A stretch of 51,549 bases of DNA from Candidatus Methylomirabilota bacterium (GCA_035249225.1 DATFGS010000274.1:1-51549); one strand, 5' to 3'. Counted from the stretch's first letter, positions 7,662-14,999 are shown. Program-made: numbers and translations. The notes: generated by a model not told the origin, from the letters alone.

Positions 7662-8063
7662 TCAGACTGATCGGGATGGAAGCAGCACGCCCAGGCCGGG
7701 CCGCCGAGGCGGGTAGCCGTGGTGCATGGGGTTGAAGGCCGTCTTGGCGTGGACCGCGCCGCGCGCCTTGCGATCGTCGGTCTTGCCGGGCGACATGCCG
7801 CAGAGCAGGTAGCAGAGCCCGTCGCCGTGATCGCTGTGGGGATGGTTCTTCACCGGCTCATCGCGCCGGACCCGGCCATCTCCTCTCTGATACTCGCCGC
7901 CAGAGAACCGCGTGGAGTCGGTGTTGAACGCCATCCCATAGGGCGGGTCGCTGACCACTGCGTCTATCGGCTCGCCCTCAAGCATCGGACGCAGAACGCG
8001 GCAATCCCCGCAATAGAGCGTGATGCCCGGCTCCGCGTGGAAGAGGTAGTCGCGCAGGCTCAT
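7662..8063 (-). CDS. DNA-methyltransferase-like protein, short form (DPPY motif only, 133 aa)
   Basis: ITLYCGDCRVLRPMLEGEPIDAVVSDPPYG matches the N-terminus of beta-class N6/N4 MTases. No FxGxG AdoMet motif follows. Third-position GC stays high to the stop. The start was trimmed to ATG 8063. Confidence 0.5.
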   Translation of the reverse strand: MSLRDYLFHAEPGITLYCGDCRVLRPMLEGEPIDAVVSDPPYGMAFNTDSTRFSGGEYQRGDGRVRRDEPVKNHPHSDHGDGLCYLLCGMSPGKTDDRKARGAVHAKTAFNPMHHGYPPRRPGLGVLLPSRSV

Positions 8064-8091
8064 GGCAGGAGGCCGAGCCAGTCCGCGCGGG

Positions 8092-8355
8092 TCATCGGAC
8101 CGGCTCATACGTGGCGGCAAAAATGTCCGGCTTGCACGGATAGAACTCGCCTTTGATGCCCTTGATGATCCAGTCGCCAAGCTGGGCCTGCATGGTGCCC
8201 TCCTCGGTATGGATACGGAGAGCCGCCGTCTCATACGGGGCGCCGTCATCGTCGATGGCCTCATGGCCCGCCTTGCACCACGCGATGATGGCCCGGCGAT
8301 TCTTGCGTGTGTACCGCCTCGCCTCGACGACGACTGGCTTCTTGCGATATTTCAT
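8092..8355 (-). CDS. Conserved-looking small phage protein (87 aa)
   Basis: MKYRKKPVVVEARRYT...GDWIIKGIKGEFYPCKPDIFAATYEPV. The start was trimmed to ATG 8355 (ATGA overlap). Confidence 0.65.
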   Translation of the reverse strand: MKYRKKPVVVEARRYTRKNRRAIIAWCKAGHEAIDDDGAPYETAALRIHTEEGTMQAQLGDWIIKGIKGEFYPCKPDIFAATYEPVR

Positions 8356-8483
8356 CGCGCGAGCTCCTCCGGCCGGCACGGCCTGAGTTGCATCAACTCC
8401 CGCGTGAGGATCAGGCACCCGGGCACGTGGCCGTCGGGGAAGAGGGGCGCCGTCACGAAGAGCGCGAGGAAGAGCAGGATCAT
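8352..8483 (-). CDS. Tiny membrane protein (43 aa)
   Basis: MILLFLALFVTAPLF. ATGA overlaps at both ends. Confidence 0.4.
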   Translation of the reverse strand: MILLFLALFVTAPLFPDGHVPGCLILTRELMQLRPCRPEELAR

Positions 8484-8662
8484 CGCGACTCCGCCTGATA
8501 TTTCGCCATTGCCGGGTTCTCGCCGTTCATCCCGGTAGGCCGGTGCCAAGGCTGCCTCCCGGCGACGTTCTGGCGCCACGCCCCGCAGCGATAGCACCAG
8601 ATGATGCGCCCGCCGCAGATCAGCCACGTCGATTGGCGGTGATCGTGACGCTGGCGCTTCAT
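8480..8662 (-). CDS. Small Cys-containing protein (60 aa, zinc-ribbon-like)
   Basis: WLICGGRIIWCYRCGAW. ATGA overlaps at both ends. Confidence 0.45.
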   Translation of the reverse strand: MKRQRHDHRQSTWLICGGRIIWCYRCGAWRQNVAGRQPWHRPTGMNGENPAMAKYQAESR

Positions 8663-9015
8663 CGCGGCTCCAATTCCGCCACCAGATCCGGGAATGGGCG
8701 CCACCGCACCGGCCGCCCGGCCGCGCGGAGCTCCTGCTTGATCTTGGGGCCGGAGACGTGGTTAGTGGTGTGGGTGACGATGTCGAGCTTCGGCAGGATC
8801 TTCGGGTGCTGGATCAGCCAGGTCGCGACGTCGCGGCCGGCGCGGGGCTCCTTGCCGAGGTCGTGGTCGAGGTAGAGGCGGTCGAAGTGATGGCCCGCCG
8901 CCAAGTAGGTGATCGCCTCGAGGGGCTCGTCGGTCCAGGTGATGTCATGGCCGACGAAGTGCTGGCGGAACCACTCGATGTGGGCAGGGAAGTCTTCGAC
9001 GAGTAGGATCTTCAT
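8659..9015 (-). CDS. Stand-alone receiver (CheY-like REC fold) protein
   Basis: MKILLVEDF...RLYLDHDLG...IVTHTTN...GPKIK. Acidic pocket, Asp, Thr and Lys are in the receiver order. No output domain. Confidence 0.65.
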   Translation of the reverse strand: MKILLVEDFPAHIEWFRQHFVGHDITWTDEPLEAITYLAAGHHFDRLYLDHDLGKEPRAGRDVATWLIQHPKILPKLDIVTHTTNHVSGPKIKQELRAAGRPVRWRPFPDLVAELEPR

Positions 9016-9437
9016 CGCCCGCGGCTCCGCTCGACCAACTCCGGCAGATGCCGGAGCACCTGGGTCAGCCGCTCGATCGAGTTACAGAGCCGGGAATACT
9101 CGTAGACCACCGGTCCCTGGCCCACCGTGCCGAACTTCGACAGGCCAAACACACTCGCCCCCGTGCCGGGCAGCTTGTCCCGGAGGAACTCGCCCGCCGT
9201 CTGTCGCCACCGCTCGATGTCCTGGACGACCGCCGCGAACGTCGGCCGGCCGGGATTCTTGGTGATCATCGCGTGGGCGTAGCGGCGCTTGATGTGCCAC
9301 CAGCGGGAGACGTCGCGCTGCTCCTCGGTCGTCTCCTGGAGGCCGCCGCGGATGGCGCTCTCGAGCTGGTAGCCGCGGCCGATGATGGCCGCGAGCTCCT
9401 CGGTCAGCGCGAGCATGTTCGGTGTCTTGCTAGCCAT
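9012..9437 (-). CDS. Hypothetical protein (141 aa)
   Basis: ATG 9437 is preferred (AAGGA SD) over 9455. ATGA overlap with the downstream REC gene. Confidence 0.6.
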   Translation of the reverse strand: MASKTPNMLALTEELAAIIGRGYQLESAIRGGLQETTEEQRDVSRWWHIKRRYAHAMITKNPGRPTFAAVVQDIERWRQTAGEFLRDKLPGTGASVFGLSKFGTVGQGPVVYEYSRLCNSIERLTQVLRHLPELVERSRGR

Positions 9438-9717
9438 GCCAGACCGTCCTTTCATCCTTCGGGGTGTAGTGCCGCTTGACCAGCTCGGCCATCGCGGCGT
9501 CGAGGCCCTCTTGAATGGGGAGATGGAGATCGACGCCCGCCTGCGCGGCCCAGTCCTGGACGGCGGCGAGGAGGGCGAACGTCGCCTTGATCCGGTTCTC
9601 GGGCGTGTTCGGGAGGAGCTTCGTCCCGCTGGTGGAGACGCCGGAGACCTTGAAGCCCTCGTCGCGGAAGACGACGATGTGGAGCTCGACGAGGACCTCG
9701 CGCTGGAGGATGTTCAT
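9430..9717 (-). CDS. Hypothetical protein (95 aa)
   Basis: ATGA overlap at 9714-9717. Protein-like composition. Confidence 0.6.
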   Translation of the reverse strand: MNILQREVLVELHIVVFRDEGFKVSGVSTSGTKLLPNTPENRIKATFALLAAVQDWAAQAGVDLHLPIQEGLDAAMAELVKRHYTPKDERTVWHG

Positions 9718-9974
9718 CGCCGGTCAATCAACCCGAATAGCTTGCGGACGAGTCGGTCTTCGTTCTGTTCCAGCTTTTTAATCTGGCGAGTCAGTGCGAG
9801 ATCCGTCGCGTCTATAAACGGCACCGACCCCGACCCCCAGCAATCAGGGCACCTATCGTGCGGGCATTCCCTCGTCGGTAGACGGCGGCTTCGACGTTGC
9901 TCGCGCTTGACATCCGCTGCTTGTCTTACCGCCCGCAGTGCAACGACCAACCGCTCAAGCGGGGATTTCTTCAT
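9714..9974 (-). CDS. Small Cys-motif protein (86 aa)
   Basis: CPHDRCPDCWGSG zinc-knuckle-like motif. The start was trimmed to ATG 9974. Confidence 0.55.
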   Translation of the reverse strand: MKKSPLERLVVALRAVRQAADVKREQRRSRRLPTRECPHDRCPDCWGSGSVPFIDATDLALTRQIKKLEQNEDRLVRKLFGLIDRR

Positions 9975-10153
9975 CGCGGCTCCCGCATATCCGGCCCCGG
10001 AACCGATCGCGGCGGGACGAACGGCCGCTGCTCCGGGCGGCGGCAATGGCAGCCGCATTCGTTCGAGTACTCGCCGGCGGCGTCCTGGAGCCCTAGGCCG
10101 CGGCAATCGCGATGAATCCCGGCGCGGCACGGCTCGCACTTCTTCCTTTTCAT
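9971..10153 (-). CDS. Small Cys-rich protein (60 aa)
   Basis: MKRKKCEPCRAGIHRDCRG...NECGCHC. ATGA overlaps. Confidence 0.45.
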   Translation of the reverse strand: MKRKKCEPCRAGIHRDCRGLGLQDAAGEYSNECGCHCRRPEQRPFVPPRSVPGPDMREPR

Positions 10154-10302
10154 CGAGGAGGGGCCTCCGTCGAGTAGCAGGTCCCGGTCCGGCACCACTC
10201 GCGCCACTCGGCGTTAGTCACATGGCAGCCGAGCGCATACCCGATGAAGACGGCCCCGAGCAGCAGCGCCGCAGCAATGAGCGCGAAGAGGAAGCACCCC
10301 AT
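10150..10302 (-). CDS. Tiny membrane protein (50 aa)
   Basis: MGCFLFALIAAALLLGAVFIGYALG followed by a Cys-containing tail. Confidence 0.4.
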   Translation of the reverse strand: MGCFLFALIAAALLLGAVFIGYALGCHVTNAEWREWCRTGTCYSTEAPPR

Positions 10303-10325
10303 CACGACAGCGTCGTCCGGCTGGC

Positions 10326-11351
10326 TCACCGCGCCACCGCCGCACAGATCACCAGCCACATCAGTCCCACCGGTCCGACGCGGCAGAAGATCGTCCCGCT
10401 CGCGAGTACCGCCCCGCAGACCGCGGCCGCCGACCAAGGTTCGCCGAACTGCACGCCCGCCCCGACCCGCCACGCGAAGGCGAGCACCGCCACCGCCCCG
10501 AGCCAGCCGTACTCGACCGCATGCTGCACCGGCTCACAGTGAAACGAGTCCATCGTCGGCCACCCCGCGCGCAGCGTGTACGACCGCAGCCGCACGCCCA
10601 CCCCGTAGCCGCCGAAGAGCCCGCGCGTCCCGACCCAGCCGATCCTCGAGCGCGTGCACCACCGCCACGCCAGCGCGACCCCCCGCGTCCGCATCCAGAG
10701 CGAGTCGAGCGAGTCCCCGCGCGGCGTCCACCGCTCCACCCACCCGACCCGCTTCCCCCCGCGCAGCCGGATCCCCAGCACGGCGACCCCCACCAGCGCG
10801 ACCCACAGCGCCCCCGTCCACGGCCACCGCACGACCGACGCGGCCGCGAGCGCGACGACCGCCAGCCACGAGGGCCCCGAGAGCCAGAGCCCCACGCCGT
10901 ACACCGGCCACGTCCAGGGCGACGAAAGCGCCATCACCAGCGCGAGGAACGCGCCGACGAAGGTCCGCTGCCCGAGCCAGGCGTGCACGCGCTGACCGAC
11001 CCACCAGTCGTCAAGCGCGCACGCCACGCAGAGACACGCGGCGGCCTGCCAGCCCGCGAGCACGTACTCCCAGCCCCAGCTCGGCACCGCACGCGCGAGA
11101 TACCACGTCGCCGCGATCCCGACCCAGGTCCACGCCGCCTCGCTATGCTCGTCTGATCGCCAGCTCCAGAGGAACCACGTCGCCATCGCGGCGAGCCACC
11201 ACTCGCCCTGGGCGGCCGCGACCGAGCCGCCGACGGCGATCAAAGCGAGCAGCCAGAGCGAGCGCGCCCCGTTGATCTGGTCGGCGGCGATCCACTCCAG
11301 CCGGAGCATCGGCGCGGCGAGGGCCGCGAGGGTGGCGAGGAGGGCGGTCAC
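10326..11351 (-). CDS. O-antigen ligase/polymerase-like polytopic membrane protein (Wzy_C family), divergent paralog 2
   Basis: 341 aa, about 10 TM segments. Motifs: LGQRTFVGAFLALV and GGYGVGVRLRSYTLRAGWPTMDSFHCEPVQHAVEYGWLG. GTG 11351 forms a GTGA overlap with the radical SAM stop. Confidence 0.65.
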   Translation of the reverse strand: MTALLATLAALAAPMLRLEWIAADQINGARSLWLLALIAVGGSVAAAQGEWWLAAMATWFLWSWRSDEHSEAAWTWVGIAATWYLARAVPSWGWEYVLAGWQAAACLCVACALDDWWVGQRVHAWLGQRTFVGAFLALVMALSSPWTWPVYGVGLWLSGPSWLAVVALAAASVVRWPWTGALWVALVGVAVLGIRLRGGKRVGWVERWTPRGDSLDSLWMRTRGVALAWRWCTRSRIGWVGTRGLFGGYGVGVRLRSYTLRAGWPTMDSFHCEPVQHAVEYGWLGAVAVLAFAWRVGAGVQFGEPWSAAAVCGAVLASGTIFCRVGPVGLMWLVICAAVAR

Positions 11352-12331
11352 AACAAAATCTCCTCTTGGGCGTAGTGACTGGGCTTTGCCTGGTAGCGGG
11401 AGCCGACCCAATCCGCCCAGGGGACGACCTTGTCGTAGCCGCGCAGGACCCACCGCTGATAGCCCATCAGCTCGGGTGTCCGGTTGAAGACCATCGGATA
11501 GGGGAGTGCGCCGAAGTCGCGAAGCTGGCGCCGTCGGGTCTCGCGGTCCTCGTGCGTCTCGCCGGGCCAGTAGCCGATCAGCATATAGACCATGATGTTC
11601 CGCGGCTTGACGCCGTGACGAACCAGGGCTTCGAGGCCCGCGAAGAGCCGGGCCCCATCTTTCTTGTTGTCCCACGCCGTATAAATCCGCCGACGCAGCA
11701 TCCCGTCGTCGCGGTAGTCGACGCTCGCGATCGCGGCGGCGGTCTCGTCGGTGAGCATCCGCGCGTTGATGCCCTGATTAAACGAGACGCGGAACCGGCC
11801 GGCGCGCAGCTCGTCAATACGATCTCTCCAGCGCGGCTGACCGAAGAAATCGTTATCGAGCAGGAAGACCTCGCGGGGCCAGGGATCGCCGCGCCAGATC
11901 TCCGCGATCGTCGCCTCCTCCCGGACCGCGCCCTCTTTGCGAGGCACGACGCAGAACGAGCAGCGAAGGCGGCACCCGCGCTGCGTGAAGCCGAGCGAGG
12001 GGCGGAAGCGCGGATAGAGCGAATAGTCGAGGGCCATCGTGTCCACGCCCAGCGACTCCAGGCCGAGGCCGATGTCCCAGCCGGTGCCGCCGAGGATCGC
12101 GCCCGGGTACAGGCGGCGGACGAGTTCAGCGGCGGGCCGGGTTCGCTCGAAGATCAACGAGCCATAGACGCGGTCCCAGGCGGCGGGGTCGCCAAGCTGG
12201 GGCGCGACGAGGCGCGGATTATCCGCGCGCCGAAACTCGACGACATCGCCGCGGCCTTTGTGCCAGGCCGACAGGCGCATGAGGGCCAGGTTAGGCAGCT
12301 TCCCGTCTAGGTGCAGGAGGAGGACACGCAT
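11348..12331 (-). CDS. Radical SAM enzyme with N-terminal B12-binding-like domain
   Basis: CxxxCxxC cluster motif GCRLRCSFCVVP. N-terminal MRVLLLHLDGKLPNLALMRLSAWHK is Rossmann-like. Start is ATG 12331 (alternative 12358). Confidence 0.8.
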   Translation of the reverse strand: MRVLLLHLDGKLPNLALMRLSAWHKGRGDVVEFRRADNPRLVAPQLGDPAAWDRVYGSLIFERTRPAAELVRRLYPGAILGGTGWDIGLGLESLGVDTMALDYSLYPRFRPSLGFTQRGCRLRCSFCVVPRKEGAVREEATIAEIWRGDPWPREVFLLDNDFFGQPRWRDRIDELRAGRFRVSFNQGINARMLTDETAAAIASVDYRDDGMLRRRIYTAWDNKKDGARLFAGLEALVRHGVKPRNIMVYMLIGYWPGETHEDRETRRRQLRDFGALPYPMVFNRTPELMGYQRWVLRGYDKVVPWADWVGSRYQAKPSHYAQEEILL

Positions 12332-12363
12332 TAAGTGTCCGTCCCACAAGGCAAACATAGGCG

Positions 12364-12420
12364 TTGACAGAACGAAGCAGCTTCGTTATTCTTCTGACAC
12401 AACGAAGCGGCTTCGATAAT
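12364..12420 (+). promoter_or_regulatory. Tandem duplicated promoter-operator unit driving the plus-strand island
   Basis: TTGACA (12364-12369), 17 nt, TATTCT (12387-12392), with palindrome AACGAAGC-A-GCTTCGTT (12371-12387) filling the spacer. The second unit is CTGACA (12394-12399), CGAAGC-G-GCTTCG (12403-12415), GATAAT (12415-12420). AGGAGG SD at 12429-12434. Confidence 0.6.
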
Positions 12421-12438
12421 CCCTAACAGGAGGACGGT

Positions 12439-12855
12439 ATGAACAGGATCCAGGTGAAGGTGGGCGGGAAGCTGATCGGCGAGCGCAAGACGCCGCGCTC
12501 GTACACGCACGCGGTCGTGGCCGAGCGGTTCGCGCGCGTCGACTGCGAGCGCGTTCCGGTCCCGGCCGTGAACGGCGTGCCGCAGTCGGACCGGATGAAC
12601 CGCACCGTCGTCCCGGTGGAGCCCCAGCTCGAAGTGATCTCCTACCACCACGGCCTGCCGCTGGCGATGAAGGGGCTCGCCGCCTTCGAGGCGCAATACT
12701 GGCACCGCGAGACGTACCGGAACGCGACGGTGTTCGTCGCCGAGATCGTGCCCGTGCAGCCGCGCAAGCCCGTCACCCTGACGGAGCCCTGCCCCTCGTG
12801 CGGGACGCGCCAGGGCAACCACCCGCGCGGCTGCGAAAACCGAGAGGGCGACTAG
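12439..12855 (+). CDS. Hypothetical protein (138 aa), first gene of plus-strand island
   Basis: AGGAGG SD 5 nt upstream. C-terminal CPSCG...GC motif. No recognisable family. Confidence 0.7.
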   Translation: MNRIQVKVGGKLIGERKTPRSYTHAVVAERFARVDCERVPVPAVNGVPQSDRMNRTVVPVEPQLEVISYHHGLPLAMKGLAAFEAQYWHRETYRNATVFVAEIVPVQPRKPVTLTEPCPSCGTRQGNHPRGCENREGD

Positions 12856-13020
12856 ATGGCCGACGAGGAGACGATCAACGTGATCCTCGCGGACTCCGAC
12901 GCCGTCTGCGATTGCGGCGCGGATCCGCGGTTCGTCCACTCGCTCGACGGGTGGTTCTTCGAGATCCGGCAGACGCCGACCGCCGACGTGGCGATCGTGC
13001 GCTGCCCCCTCTGCTGGTAA
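12856..13020 (+). CDS. Tiny zinc-ribbon-like protein (54 aa; below the ORF-track cutoff)
   Basis: TAGATG junction. Product is MADEETINVILADSDAVCDCG...VRCPLCW (CxC...CxxC). Confidence 0.5.
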   Translation: MADEETINVILADSDAVCDCGADPRFVHSLDGWFFEIRQTPTADVAIVRCPLCW

Positions 13021-13041
13021 CCCATAACCGAGGAGGTCACC

Positions 13042-13443
13042 ATGACCACCACCACGAAGACCCCACTCACCCCATCCGGCGAAGTGCCGGACCTGTTCGA
13101 CCGGCTGCTCGCCGGCCTGATCGGTCGCCCCGACGTGATGAGCACGAAGCCCTCGACGCGCCAGACGGTCCCGCCCCTCGGGATCGGCGGCGTCGCGACC
13201 TACGTCGTCCGGACCTTCCGCGTCCAGGACGAGGACCGCGCCTCCGAGGATCTGATCTTCCTGGAGTGCTACGACGCGAAGGGGCAGACGCGCCTCGCCC
13301 TGCCCCCGGCCGTCGCGGACATCATCGCCCGGCAGCGCGAGGCCCTCACCACGAAGAGCCGCACCGCGGCGGCGAAGCGCGTCGCCGCCGATCGCAAGGC
13401 GCGCGGCGAGAAGCCCGCCTTCATGCGGAAGCGGGGAGGCTGA
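13042..13443 (+). CDS. Hypothetical protein (133 aa) with basic C-terminal tail
   Basis: GAGGAGG SD. The C-terminus KSRTAAAKRVAADRKARGEKPAFMRKRGG suggests nucleic-acid binding. Confidence 0.65.
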   Translation: MTTTTKTPLTPSGEVPDLFDRLLAGLIGRPDVMSTKPSTRQTVPPLGIGGVATYVVRTFRVQDEDRASEDLIFLECYDAKGQTRLALPPAVADIIARQREALTTKSRTAAAKRVAADRKARGEKPAFMRKRGG

Positions 13444-13446
13444 TCC

Positions 13447-13647
13447 ATGAAGAGCCGGCTCACCATCGTTCGGAACTGCAAGCGCGCTGGGATGACCCGC
13501 GCCGAGGTCGCCGCGAAGATCCGCGGCTCGATCACGGAGGCCAGCACCCGCGAGGGCTGGAGCAAGGCCGAAACCGCGATGGCCCTCGCGGAATGGCACC
13601 GGCATCTGGACAAGGTCTTCGGGAAGGAGGAGGCCCACCCGTGCTAG
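13447..13647 (+). CDS. Small putative HTH protein (66 aa)
   Basis: CKRAGMTRAEVAAKIRGS resembles a helix-turn-helix. Starts 3 nt after the previous stop. Confidence 0.5.
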   Translation: MKSRLTIVRNCKRAGMTRAEVAAKIRGSITEASTREGWSKAETAMALAEWHRHLDKVFGKEEAHPC

Positions 13648-13808
13648 AGTCCCCGGCCATGAAGACCCCGGCGCCGACCTGCCCCAAGCATCCCCACGTC
13701 CGCCTCCGCTGCCCGGCCTGTAACGGCCGGAAGGGGGGTAAGGTGATGAGCCCGAAGAAGCTGAAGGCCCTGAAGCGGATCTCGAAGCTCCCGCGCCCGC
13801 GGGAGTAG
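13641..13808 (+). CDS. Tiny zinc-ribbon protein with basic tail (55 aa from GTG 13641; 49 aa from ATG 13659)
   Basis: GGAAGGAGGAGG SD 8 nt before the GTG. CPKH...CPAC plus KKLKALKRISKLPRPRE. Confidence 0.45.
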   Translation: MLESPAMKTPAPTCPKHPHVRLRCPACNGRKGGKVMSPKKLKALKRISKLPRPRE

Positions 13809-13817
13809 CCCGCCCCC

Positions 13818-13849
13818 GCGGGCGGCGTGCCAGCTCGGACGCCGCCCGC
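13818..13849. terminator. GC-rich hairpin between convergent transcription units
   Basis: GCGGGCGGCG (13818-13827), 12-nt loop, CGCCGCCCGC (13840-13849). It lies between the plus-strand stop at 13808 and the minus-strand stop at 13851. No U-tract. Confidence 0.45.
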
Positions 13850-13850
13850 C

Positions 13851-14333
13851 TCATCGCCCGCTCGGCACCAGTTCGGCGATCGCGTAGTGCAGCAGCGCGA
13901 CCGCGTCCGCCTCGTCGTCCGACTCGACCACCTTCCAGCGGTTGCAGACGGCGGCCTTCATCGCTTCTTTACTCGCCGCCTTCTTTGATCCGCACGTCCA
14001 GATCTTCAGCGTCGTCACGTTGACCGACGTATGCTCGATCGCCCGGATCGCGCAGAGTTCCTGGATGCGGCCGGCGAGGTTGGCCGCGACCTCGGTCGCC
14101 GCCCCGCCGCGCCGGAAGTTCTGTTCGTAGACGATCAGGGTGCAGTCGCCCGGCGTGACGTCCTCGAGCCAGCGGCGGAAGCGCAGGTAGCGCATCCCCG
14201 GCGAGTCGCCCCGCGAGAGGGCGAACGTCTGCACGCCCGACTCGAGCATCCGGTACTCGACCGAGCCGGGGAACGTGGGGCGCGCGATGGCCCAGCCGGT
14301 CGACGTGGCCGGGTCGAGCGCGAGGATGCTCAC
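13851..14333 (-). CDS. ruvC: RuvC-like Holliday junction resolvase
   Basis: ILALDPATSTGWA, VYEQ and ESDDEADAVALLHYA (catalytic acidic residues in RuvC order). Confidence 0.85.
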   Translation of the reverse strand: MSILALDPATSTGWAIARPTFPGSVEYRMLESGVQTFALSRGDSPGMRYLRFRRWLEDVTPGDCTLIVYEQNFRRGGAATEVAANLAGRIQELCAIRAIEHTSVNVTTLKIWTCGSKKAASKEAMKAAVCNRWKVVESDDEADAVALLHYAIAELVPSGR

Positions 14334-14614
14334 CGCCCGCGCCCTTCGATCTGCCGGCGGACCGCCTCGGCGTCGCGCGCGGTCTGCTGGGCCTGCATCG
14401 CCGCGGCCGCGTCCTCCTTGAACCGGAGGAGGAGCATCTCGCGCTGGGCGATCGCTAGTCCGCGGAGCAGGATCGCCTCGACGAGGGCGGGCGAGCAGTG
14501 CTCCGACGCGATCTGGAAGTTCGCGTAGAGGTCGGTCCCCGTGAAGGAGAGGATCACGCGGGGGACCTTGGGCTTCGGGGCCTCGGGCTGGTGCTCGCCG
14601 TTGTCGTCGCTCAT
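14330..14614 (-). CDS. Hypothetical protein (94 aa)
   Basis: The start was trimmed to ATG 14614 (ATGA overlap). GTGA overlap with the ruvC start. Confidence 0.55.
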   Translation of the reverse strand: MSDDNGEHQPEAPKPKVPRVILSFTGTDLYANFQIASEHCSPALVEAILLRGLAIAQREMLLLRFKEDAAAAMQAQQTARDAEAVRRQIEGRGR

Positions 14615-14838
14615 TTCCACGTCTCCAAGACGGCTTGCTTTACCGCCTGCCATTGCTCCTCGGTGAGTTCGATCGCGAGGGTCCCGGTACTGATGACGCG
14701 CGCGGGCTCACTCGGAACGTCGTACGACTGCCGGTAGCCATTCCGGACGCGCTCCTGTCCCTCGCGGTAGGCGGCAAGTTTCTCCTCGTAGGCGGGGTCC
14801 GGGTCGTGGCGAACCACGTTCAGGATGTAGGTGCTCAT
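14611..14838 (-). CDS. Hypothetical protein (75 aa)
   Basis: MSTYILNVVRHDPDPAYEEKLAAYREG... ATGA overlaps at both ends. Confidence 0.55.
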   Translation of the reverse strand: MSTYILNVVRHDPDPAYEEKLAAYREGQERVRNGYRQSYDVPSEPARVISTGTLAIELTEEQWQAVKQAVLETWK

Positions 14839-14993
14839 GCGATGGTCCAATTCTCCCCGGCATCGGTGATGTAGCGAAGCGAGAGCTCGCGGCGCGCCCA
14901 CTGCTCGCGGCGGATCTTCCAGAAGGCGGCGAGGCACGCGGAACGGTGGTCCCACACCGCGATCAGACGGTCTACTGGCGTTTGCGGCATCAT
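14835..14993 (-). CDS. Small hypothetical protein (52 aa; below the ORF-track cutoff)
   Basis: MMPQTPVDRLIAVWDHRSACLAAFWKIRREQWARRELSLRYITDAGENWTIA. Its stop forms ATGA with the next start. No clear SD. Confidence 0.4.
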   Translation of the reverse strand: MMPQTPVDRLIAVWDHRSACLAAFWKIRREQWARRELSLRYITDAGENWTIA

Positions 14994-14999
14994 TGGAAT

